A DNA stretch of 64,000 nucleotides from NCBI RefSeq assembly GCF_001194135.2, contig NC_068989.1:81650845-81714844 (forward strand), read 5' to 3'. Position 1 is the stretch's first letter; the number at the start of each line of letters is the position of its first letter. Origin of the DNA: Octopus bimaculoides. Taxonomy: Eukaryota. Both the position numbers and the translations under genes were made by a program. The notes beneath the pieces were generated by a model that worked only from the letters and a program-made list of their open reading frames with translations, had not been told where the DNA came from and made no database searches. This document shows, piece by piece, positions 53,309 to 64,000 of the stretch.

Positions 53309-54498
53309 TATATATACATACACATATCTATCTATACACACACACACACACATATATATATAGCATACTTCTACCCTCTTTTTTTGTAATCACAATTTAT
53401 GCAGTTTATAAACATAGCCACTATATTCTGAACATATTTTACTAACCTTGGTTTAACAATGGTACTTGTTTTACTACTACTACTACTATTACTACCCCTC
53501 CTCCTCCTCCTCCTCCTCCTCAATCACCACTACTCTACTTCTATGCTATTTCTACACATTGTTTATATAAACAGTAAGCTGTCATAAACATTTCACATGT
53601 ATTTTATAAAGCAATGTTTAAATTTTCCCTATAACGATTGATGTTCATAACAGCTATCCTTTGTAATTGATACATCATATTGGTTGAATGAAAACGGAGC
53701 CTTTTGCTAGAAAAAGTAGTCAAACCTTCCTTGAATCATACCTTACCTTCAAAAATAAAAAGACATTGATTAATGTATTGCTTTGATAGCCCTAATGGAT
53801 TGAATGGTCATGGTTGGAATGTCTTTCATCATAGGTCTGCAGTATTATTAGGGCTGACTCTGGGCTGAACAAAGACAATATCACATTGGTGTATACATAA
53901 CATATATCTGAGCTGGCAGAATTGTTATCATATTAGACAAAATGCTTAGCAACATTTCTCTGGATTACACTCAAAGTTCAAATTACATCAATTACATCAA
54001 GCTATGTAAAATTGTGGTCACCCATACAGAGAGGCATGTCCTTTACAGTTATGTTCCTCACCCTATTTACTTTCTCAGTCGATAGGTCCTTGTCTTGCAA
54101 GCTCGCAGGTGCTGATGCCATGTAAAAAGCACCTGTTTTGGTGCCATATAAAATGCACTTGTGTTGGTGTCACATAAGAAGCATTTATGCTGGTGCCACA
54201 TAAAAAGCCCCCGTTCTGGTGCCATGTGAAATCCGCCTGTGCTGGTGCCGCATAAAAAGCCCCTGTTCTGGTGCCATGTGAAAAGACCCCAGTATGCTCT
54301 GTAAAGTGGTTGGCTTCAGGAAGCTCATCCAACATTAGAAACCATGTCAAAACAGACAACTGGAGCCTGATGCAGCTTTCAGGCGTTAGCAGCTGCTATC
54401 AAACTGTCCAATCCATTCATGTATGGAAACAGATGTTAAATGATGATGATGATGATGATGATGTTGACTTTGCCTTTCATCCCTTCCAGTTACTCTCT

Positions 54499-54909
54499 CT
54501 TTTACTCTTTTACTTGTTTCAGTCATTTGACTGTGGCCATGCTGGAGCACCGCCTTTAGTCGAGCAAATCGACCCCAGGACTTATTCTTTGGAAGCCTAG
54601 TACTTATTCTATCGGTCTCTTTTGCTGAACCGCTAAGTTACAGGGATATAAACACACCAGCATCGGTTGTCAAGCGATGTTGGGGGGGACAAACACAGAC
54701 ACACAAACACATACACATACATATATATACATATATATATATGCATATATATGACGGGCTTCTTTCAGTTTCCGTCTACCAAATCCACTCACAAGGCTTT
54801 GGTTGGCTCAAGGCTATAGTAGAAGACACTTTCCCGAGGTGCCATGCAGTGGGACTGAACCCAGAACCATGTGGTTCATAAGTAAGCTACTTACCACACA
54901 GCCACTCCT
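54499..54909 (-). mobile_element. SINE family B, full length, low divergence
   Basis: Same head and tail; many CpGs retained. Confidence 0.85.
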
Positions 54910-56224
54910 AGTTCTATAAAATAAATGCCAGTTTAACACTGGGCTTGATGTAATCAGCTAGCCTCCTCCCCTGAATTTCAGGCCTTGTGCCTATAGTAGT
55001 AAAAAAAAAAAAAAGAAAATATATTAATGCATATACAGCATTATACAACATTCCATTACTGTTTTCTTTTACATGTTTTAGTTTAAGCAAGTAATAAGTG
55101 TCATTATCAAAGCAAACATATTTTTTGTATTATAGTGGAACTTGGTTTAACCAGTTCCAACTGTTTTACTAGACAATACAGAAATAATTATTTCACTCTA
55201 TGATATTCAATGATTGGTGGACAACATCAGTAGGTGTTATATCTTGAAATCTCTGTTGAGGAGTTGCTCAATAGCAAACCTGTAAATACCTTCTCATAAA
55301 AGAAACTCTAGCATCATCATTTCAAAGACTCTAACACCTAAAAACTCTTTTACTCCTCAATGAGACTTGGTGGTTCTGTGTGTATTTTTTACTTCTTTTC
55401 CGTCTGTCATCTTCTCATCTCATTTCTTAGGAAATAATCTCTAAGTAATATATTTTAATTTTAAACTGATGCTGCCTGTAGTAATAGTGGTAGTGGTGGT
55501 GGTGGTGGTGGTGGTATATTGAAGGTGATGGCTGCGATAATGGTGGTGGAGAATAGCAGTTAGTGATGGTGGTATTTTAGTTTCGTTTATTGATAAAAAA
55601 CCATAGAATCAGGTGATGCCTCTGTGATGTTAGTGACAGTGGAATTTGTTATTGTTGCAAAAAAAAGGTCTCAGCAGGTGTCTGATGGCACAACTGGTAT
55701 TTTAACACAGGTTAGATGAATGTTCAAAATATGTTCTAGATAACTAGATTACATTATTAGATTACATTGTACCAGTCTCTTTTACATTCTGTATGTATAC
55801 ATTCATATACATACAAATGTGATTAGTATATATCAGTGTATAGTTTCATTATGTATGTATGTATGTATGTATACATCATTAATGTATGAGTATGAAATAG
55901 TAAGAAATCTAATTAATGCCACATAAAGATAAGGTTTAGTTCATTATTTTTCCTCATTACCAACAAAGCGTACTTGGTTTTGTTTAATTGATGAAATTGA
56001 ATATTCTTTTTAGATAAAACCGCATGGATGTGATGTGATGGTCAGTATTTTGTTACAGATATTAGCAAGCATACTAGAACATATAACTTTCCACAACAGC
56101 CTCAGCCATGGGCGCTATTCTTTTACCACAGTTTGACTATTTATAAAAAAATTTGGTTTCAAATTTAAGTTCAAGCTATTTCACTTTATTATGTATCTTT
56201 TTAAAGGAAGACATAAATGTCACA

Positions 56225-56470
56225 TCTCGCTTTTTTACAGAAACTTAAATTATCCAAACATCCATCTTCTTTGCCTACTTTCTCTGGGATGGTTGTAGGA
56301 GTAGTGTCCTCGGGCACCTCCTCTAGAGTGTCGCATCGGACACTACCATAATTACACTTTCCAGTTGACTTCCCAAGTGTGACCAACTGTGACTATGAAC
56401 TGTTATCCAACCATCTTGTTCTTGGTCTACTCCTAAGTCAGTCCTGGCTTTGTTTGAACAATCAGTTTTA
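56225..56470 (-). mobile_element. RTE-like LINE 3' end
   Basis: Minus frame RSRPRTRWLDN; related to 57655-57890. Confidence 0.55.
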
Positions 56471-57085
56471 CAATTTTTTTCTGTGATATTCTAACCACAT
56501 CAGAAGACCAAGTTAGATGTTTAACAATGTCTAGGTTGGTGCTTCATAAATCTTTCAAACTACAACATTGCTTTTTATTGGTTCAGAGTTGATTTAATAA
56601 GGTTCACTAATCTTATTTGAGTAAAGTTTAGGATAAAAAAGACATCACTTATTTTATTTTCAGATGGGGAAAATACCTGTCTTTAAATTATCCCTCTCTA
56701 TACCATACATGTAGTTTGCTCATTTTTTCAAAAACTGAAGATTTACCCTCACTCAACAGAGTGAAGCTCCAGTTCCCTTCAAGTGAAGTGTATGTGAGTG
56801 TGAGGTCACACTTGCCAATTTACCTTGTTCTCTAGCATTGAAATAAATTGCTTTTCCTGAGATGATAATGTAGTAGTTAGTCAATCAATTAGAAATAGTA
56901 TCAGATCTTCCTCAAATCATAGAGATTTTTTAAAATGACATACTCGATAGCATTGTAAAATTTTTCTTTCTCTGTCTCTGGTGACAGCGTTCTCTTGTCC
57001 CAAAAACTTTTGAAGGATTTGAAATCTGCACTGAAAGTCAAAATAAACAAAAATAGAGTCATGGCTGCGATGCCTGTAGGAATAG

Positions 57086-57266
57086 AACTACAACAACAGG
57101 GCTAATGTTGGGCCAAGCTACCACAATAGCACTAATGTTGGGTTAAACTACCACAACAGGGCTAATGTTGGGTTAAACTACCACAACAGGGCTAATGTTG
57201 GGCTAAACTACCACAACAGGGTAGACTTACTACAATAGGGCTAATGTTGGGTTAACCTACAACAAC
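57086..57266. repeat. 30-bp minisatellite, ~5.5 copies
   Basis: Unit AACTACCACAACAGGGCTAATGTTGGGTTA. Confidence 0.85.
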
Positions 57267-57654
57267 ATTGTTTAGTGTCAGGCATCTTTATAAACTTCTT
57301 GGATTATTGAGCTTATTCTACAACTGTCAGAAATATTTTTGCTATTTCTGTTTATCTTCAACCAATCCTACATTCTAATGTTATTGACAATCAATAATCT
57401 TGATTCTGACCAAAGAAGGATGCAACTGATTTCTGGATTTTGTCCAATTATATTGGTGAATTAAAATTATGGTTGTTATTGCTAAAATATTGATTTCTTT
57501 TGTTGAGACAAAACTGAAGAATGAAAGCCTCTAAATCATCAATATATTACTGGTACATATTTCATTAATGTGAATTTAATAAAATGTAAGGTCAGTTCCT
57601 GTAGAGTTTGAATTTAGACTGAAATTATCTATTGTTATTGTTTAATTTAATGTT

Positions 57655-57890
57655 CCATCCATCCATCTTCTCTACCCACAATTCCTGGGTGGAGTCCTGT
57701 AACATCTCCTCCTTAGATCCCATCAAAAGTAAGCATAAGTAGACTTTCCTATTGGACTTCCAAGCATGACTAACTGAAACTTTGGGTATTACCCAACCAT
57801 CCTGCTCTTGGTCTACTTCTAAGTTTTCTTCTAAGTTGGCTCAGCTTGAAGAAGCCATCTTGTGATTCTTCCCTGAGACATTCTAATCTA
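57655..57890 (-). mobile_element. RTE-like LINE 3' end
   Basis: Aligns by eye to 56225-56470 (CCAACCATC.TG.TCTTGGTCTACT.CTAAGT). Confidence 0.5.
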
Positions 57891-58791
57891 ATGATTGTAG
57901 TACCTGAGCTGTGATTTCTCAATACAGAGAAATAGCAACTTGACCTGGAGAGACTCCCTGATCTCTAAGTTATGTAACTTGACAAATAATGTTGCTCTTG
58001 AGATCCTTGAGATCCTGTAGAAAAACTACATTTCAGCTGCTTGTTTTCACAATCATACTCTTTCAGTCACAGAGCTTAGATAAAGATAAGCATGTAAACT
58101 GAATTGAAGATGGTGAGTTTGGCTTTTTATTTAACCTCCCCCTTTCTGAGGATCAAACACTGCATCTGGTGCATTAATTTGAGGTTGACTAACTCTATTA
58201 GAAAGAGGCAAGACGTTCAGTTATGAGAATTGAAATAGTCAAAATAAGATGTCATTGCCATTACAAAACACTTGTAACTCAGTTTTTTGAAGTAGGAGAA
58301 ACCTTTACTGTCTGAATTTTATACTATTTCTCTGTAAATTTGAGATTAGTTACTTCTTGACTAGTCTTAATATTTTGACTGTTAACCTAAATTTGGGAGG
58401 CTCCTTTTTACAATTTTAATCACCTGTTCTGAACTGCTTCAAAATGCCACATTTTTGCATAAATATTTTAGTTTATTACTGAAAGGAAGAGTGTCGGAAC
58501 TCATAACCTTTGCATGTCCTTCCAGACTCGTGAGGTTGTTGTAGTTTATAGGGAGGGAAGGTGTGATATGTGCACACACACACACACACACAATACACTT
58601 ACACACCACACACTTACACACCACACACACACACAATACACTTACACACTACACACACAATACACTTACACACTACACACACACAATACACTTACACACT
58701 ACACACACACACACATGCACTCGCACTCTGCTCGCGCATATATTACACACACACTCACACATGCACACACATACACACACATACTACACTA

Positions 58792-58829
<38 letters not shown>

Positions 58830-60263
58830 TTCTCATACACATACACTACATGTATTAACACATAGGCTACACACATCACTCACCTACACTATATATATAT
58901 ATATCCTCTCACATATCTTCCTCTACAATACTTCATTGTTTTTAGTTTCTAAGACTACAAATGGTTACAGAAGTCCAGAATGTCATTTGGGAAAGAAAAG
59001 ATATAAAACTGTGGTGGAAAAGATTGAGATCAAAAGAAGAATTGTGATTAAAATGTATGGAAGGTCAGCGAAACCACTGAAATAACTGACCAATCCAGAG
59101 CTAATCCAATCTGTCAACCAAACCAAATTATTTCTTAAAGCATATAATCCAGTTCTTCTCACTGATTTCACAAGCTTGCTGAAGATTTAGCAACTTGTGT
59201 AAACATTACTGTTGTGTACTCAACATAAAATTACTTCCACACACACATTATCTTAAAGTCTTCTGAATGAATGAGGTAGCCTCTATGTGGTAGGTCAGCT
59301 AGCTAGAAACAGCAGCCAAATCTCTCTTAAACCTCAACCTACCATTGTAAAAACTAGAAAAGGTAAACAATGCATAAGCACAGGTGTGGCTGTGTGGTAA
59401 GAAGTTTGCTTCCCAACCACATTGCCCTGAGTTCAATCCCATTGTGTAGCACCTTGTGTTTTCCCCCTATCACTGCTTGACAACCAGTTGGTGTATTTAT
59501 GACACTGAAATCTTATTGTTCATATGCTCTCCTTTATCAGGTTGTAGTTCTTTATAGGAGAAGGAGTTTTGTTAAATTTGCTTGAAATAACAGCTTTAGA
59601 AATATGATAATGAGTGCTGGTGCCACGTAAATTTACCCAGTACACCCTGCAAAATGGCTGATGTTAGGAAGGGCGTCCGGTTGTAGAAACCATGCCAAAC
59701 AGATAATTGGAACCTGGTGTAGCTCTCCAGCAGGCCAGCCCCTGTTATAATATCCAACCCATGCCAGCATAGACAACAGATGTTAGAAGATGATGATGAT
59801 GATCAGTACCTCTAATGGCGGAAAATATTTGTTTGGCCAAAATAGAGCATAGATTTGTCTAAATATATAAACTGAAATGGCACCTATATCTTCTTATTTT
59901 TCTCTCTGGAAAATAAGCCAGCTTTGAGCCACCTTTTTGTAATACATTCTTGGCAGCTAATTTAAACTTTAAACAGTTACTGAATAAATAGTTAACTACA
60001 AATAATGATCGAAATAGTGGATGAGTGACGTGGAAGTTATTAGGGTTATCATTGTCACCACCATTTAACATTCATTTTTTCATGAGGTAGGTTTTCTTCT
60101 GCCAGATGCCCTTCCATTTCCCAATTTTTATCTGTTTCCAAATCAGGTAATTCTTCACATGCTCAGACATGTTTCCATGGAAGATTGGAAAGGAAGGTTA
60201 TTACTTTCATACAGTCATATACATTTGCAACTACCAAATGAAATCAAGCCAAGATGCTAAAAT

Positions 60264-60362
<99 letters not shown>

Positions 60363-60382
60363 TATGACAGGCTTCTTTCAGT

Positions 60383-60614
60383 TTCCTATTTCTTTATTGC
60401 CCAGAAGGGGCTAGACATAGAGGGGACAAACAAAGACGGACAAAGGGATTAAGTCGATTACATCGACCCCAGTGCGTAAGTGGTACTTAATTTATCGACC
60501 CCGAAAGGATGAAAGGCAAAGTCAACCTCGGCGGAATTTGAACTCAGAACGTAAAGACAGACGAAATACCGCGAAGCATTTCACCTGGCGTGCTAACGTT
60601 TCTGCCAGCTCACC
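60383..60614 (-). mobile_element. SINE family C, low-divergence copy
   Basis: Near-identical to 12953-13158 over the shared 3' region. Confidence 0.8.
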
Positions 60615-61464
60615 GGCTTCTTTCAGTTTCTGCCTACCAAATTCACTCACAAGGCTTTGGTAAGCTCTTGGGTTCAAGTAGAAGACACTTGCACAAAGTG
60701 TCACACCTAGGACTGAACCCAAGATCATGTCGTTGGAAAGCAAACTTCTTACCACATAACCATACCTGCGTAGAAAATGTGGCTGTGTGTACATTGGTGT
60801 GACAGTAGTCCATATATATATTATATAATATAGCAATTGTGTGTTGTTGTTGTTGTATAACTCTATCTAGCAGAAATATTTGAGATTTTTCACTGCTACA
60901 ATAAAAGTTGCTAGATGTCAAAAGCAATGTCGTGTGTTTGTGTGTTTGTGTGTGTGTGTGTGTATGTGTGTGTGTGTGTGTGCGTTTGTGTATTCGCTAC
61001 TTTGTACTGTACTTTTCCTATATGCTTTATGAAACATATAATAACTTCTCTTTCTCTCTCTCTCTCTCACACACACATGTGTTCCTTTCCAATATTAGGA
61101 AATACATGAGTTTCTATGCAATCAGTTAAAAATAGCATTCTTAAACTCTACATTCTGCTGTTATGACAATACTTTAGGCAGTCTAGTTTCTGATATGCAA
61201 AAAGATCGAAAAGTCAAAGCTTTGGTATGAGATCTGATGGATCTAGGCTGATCTGGGGCTGAAGAACAACACCCCATTTCCATATATATACACACACATA
61301 CATACATAGATATATATACAGATTATAGCAGCGACTCCATCTAAGAATATCTGAAAAAGGAATTGTATTCCGAAATATCATTGGACTATAGATAACTAAA
61401 TTACAACAGGTATATAGTCCATTTTTTGTATTATAGTGCATTGTTGTATCATTCAAAACTTTTT

Positions 61465-61524
<60 letters not shown>

Positions 61525-61683
61525 TAAAAATAAAAATAAATATATATATATGCATTCAGCTGTAGAAACATTGCCAGATCAGATTGGAGCCTGGTGGGGC
61601 CTCTTGGGTTACCAGTCCCCAGTCAATCTGTCCAACCCATGCCACCATGGAAAATGGACGTTAAACGATGATGATGGTGATGA

Positions 61684-61722
<39 letters not shown>

Positions 61723-63268
61723 ATTTATTTATGTATGTACATGCATATGTATCTATGTATGTGTATGTGTATATTTATATATGTATGTATGCATGTGTGT
61801 ATGTATATATAAGTATGTATACATGTGTGTATGTTTAAGTATATATATGTATGAGTGTGTGTATATATATATCTATATGTATATATATGTATGTGTGTAT
61901 CACGTAAAAGCACCCACTACACTCTCGGAGTGGTTGGCATTGTGTATAAATGTATATATATATGTGTGTATGAGTGTGTATATATATATATACACACTTC
62001 CTGGCGTTAGGAAGGGCATCCAGCTGTAGAAACTCTGCCAAATTTAGATTGGAGCCTGGTGTTGCCATCCAGTTTCACCAGTCCTCAGTCAAATCGTCCA
62101 ACCCATGCTAGCATGGAAAGCGGACGTTAAACGATTATGATGATGACGATGATATATATATAATGTCTCCTCTTCAGCAAGACACCTGTTCCTGCCCCTC
62201 CATCATACTTCCACTTCCTTTTCAATGCTACACCCCACACCTTGGAGAGGTTTTGTCTTTTGAGTATTTGGTGAAAGCACCCAATACACTCTGTAAAGCC
62301 GATGATGTTAAGAAGGACATCTATTTGTAGAAACTATGCTAGAGAAGACACAGTATGACACCGTGACAGAACTGTGAAGTAGACGGGGTCATGAAAGTGA
62401 AAACACTAGCTTGGAAGGATTGGAAGATGTATGTGTGTGTGTGTGTAAGGCATAGAATTATAGTGAAGTTGGTGTGTTAACATTTTAAATATAGTTAACA
62501 TTAAATCAATCTAATCTGAAATAACTGTGTGGTGTGTCAAATAGATAGACATTTAAGTGGATGCTAGCATATTTAATGCTGGGAATTTACAAAAAAAGAA
62601 GAAAAAAAATAGCTACAAATAAATATGTGGTGAGGAAAATGAGTATTAGTTAATGTATTTAATATTGTTTTAAATATTTCAACAAATTCATTAAGTTTTA
62701 TGAAGGGCTCTCATCAGCGAAGTGTGGCTTTCCTTGCAGTTGCTAAGGATATTGTTGAACGAATCACAAAGTTAATGCACAAGGATGCACACAGATTCTA
62801 GCACCCCCCCCCAAAAAAAAACCCTCACTACTGTTCACAAGATTAATAACTCAATGATGCTCTCTTCAACTAAACACTTGAAAAATACCTACAATAGAAC
62901 TTCCTCTATAAAACATGTCTCTGTCTCATCCACTTGTGTATATTTAGTCAAATTTCATTTTCTCATCCAGAATGTATTCAGCTAAAACAGGATTTTTATT
63001 GAAAGAGCATAACCAACAATAACTTTGAGAGAACTTTGAATAGAAAGAAATGTTGTCTCTATATTTTATGAGGTTTGATTGTTTGAATACGCGTAAAATA
63101 TTGCAGTGTGATTCAGTTGACTAGATGCTACCCAATATATCAAAATCTTCATAATCATAATTTTGCATCTGCTGTTTTCATTCTTTCACTTTATTAATAA
63201 ACTTTATTAATTCTAAAAGAAATATGAATTCTACAAATGAGCTAACATCTTGTATTGCATTGTTCCAG

Positions 63269-63481
63269 TCGGAGGTACTGTATGAAAATGTACAGCTAAT
63301 ACAGTCATTCATGAAAATCCCTCCCAAGATGGACAACAGTGTGTTTATAAAGAAATACAGTGAAAACTGGGATATATTTGAAGATAAATCAAATGGACAA
63401 TATTTCTACTACAACAAGGAATCAAAGAAGACCACTTGGAAACCCCCCAGGCCTGAGAAGCCTCCACCAGATATTCCTAAT
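63269..63481 (+). CDS. ARHGAP12: ARHGAP12/27-like, WW-domain coding exon
   Basis: TTGTTCCAG| acceptor, 71 codons, phase 0/0, AAT|GTAAGT donor. Encodes SEVLYENVQ and a WW domain ENWDIFEDKSNGQYFYYNKESKKTTWKPP (63362-63448). Phase matches the 19346 donor, and SH3 then WW is the ARHGAP12/27 order. Confidence 0.9.
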
Positions 63482-63983
63482 GTAAGTATTCTGAAGTCTT
63501 TATTTGGCTTTGATTCAATCAATGTTTTGTTGCCAGCCATCAACATCTGAACAGTTAATAAATGTTGATATTTCAGTCAGTGTTTAGAGGTTAAGCTATT
63601 GATTAACCATACATATTGATATTAGCTTTTACACATGCATATATTTAGATGCGTGTGAATATATATGTGTTTGTTTGTAACTGTGTATATCTAGCTCTAT
63701 ATGTGTATAAATTTTTAATTATTTCTTTTGATTAGACCTAGAGCCAATTTTGTGATAGTTGTATGTGATTGTAGTTGCGTTGGTGGTAGTAGTAGTAGTG
63801 GTGGCACTTGTGATGGAGGTGATGGTGGTGATAGGATATAAATGAATGAGAAAACAGAATATGTTAATAGTAAAGTACCTTAGTGACCCTGGATGGGTGA
63901 AAGACATATTCCACTGACAGTATCTGAACTCTTAATAGTAGAGCATTAAATGCTAGATAGCTTAATAATTATTATCAGATATA

Positions 63984-64000
63984 CAGGGTGGCCCAAAAGT
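63984..64000. mobile_element. Possible Tc1/mariner TIR running off the window
   Basis: TA|CAGGGTGGCCCAAAAGT; only 17 bp visible. Confidence 0.35.

Noticed and set aside
54085-54300. CRISPR-like repeat-spacer array
   Set aside because: Units are degenerate tandem copies without unique spacers, inside a eukaryotic SINE, with no cas genes.
62680-62720. CTGATGA hammerhead core on the minus strand
   Set aside because: No helix II closed by GAAA and no helix I pairing.
63224-63268. ATG at 63224 as a start codon
   Set aside because: It is upstream of a clear acceptor; the exon is internal.

Overview
AT-rich, repeat-saturated animal genomic DNA from a draft assembly with seven N gaps. The SINE, MITE and microsatellite content looks like an octopod cephalopod, which is an inference. 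One protein-coding gene is well supported, an ARHGAP12/27-family RhoGAP on the + strand. It has a large SH3 exon (CDS 18156-19346) and a WW exon (63269-63481), joinable in phase 0 across a ~43.9 kb intron; the PH and RhoGAP exons would lie beyond the window. The rest is mostly decayed mobile DNA: at least three SINE families, RTE and R4/Dong LINE fragments, mariner relics and MITEs, TTAA-flanked piggyBac-type MITEs, a Penelope-like RT relic, and mini/microsatellites. The most notable unannotated signal is a set of minimal hammerhead-ribozyme-like motifs of the Penelope type. One is an apparently intact U3:A8 variant (3615-3654, -), one an A6U variant (53064-53100, +), and two are decayed (3901-3940 and 6261-6310, both -). 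The window also holds several fold-back structures: a ~410-bp-arm inverted repeat, a mariner made of two 5' ends, and a six-hairpin cluster. All alignments, folds and translations were done by eye, and repeat boundaries are approximate. Most 'ORFs' in the track are translations of microsatellites or N gaps.
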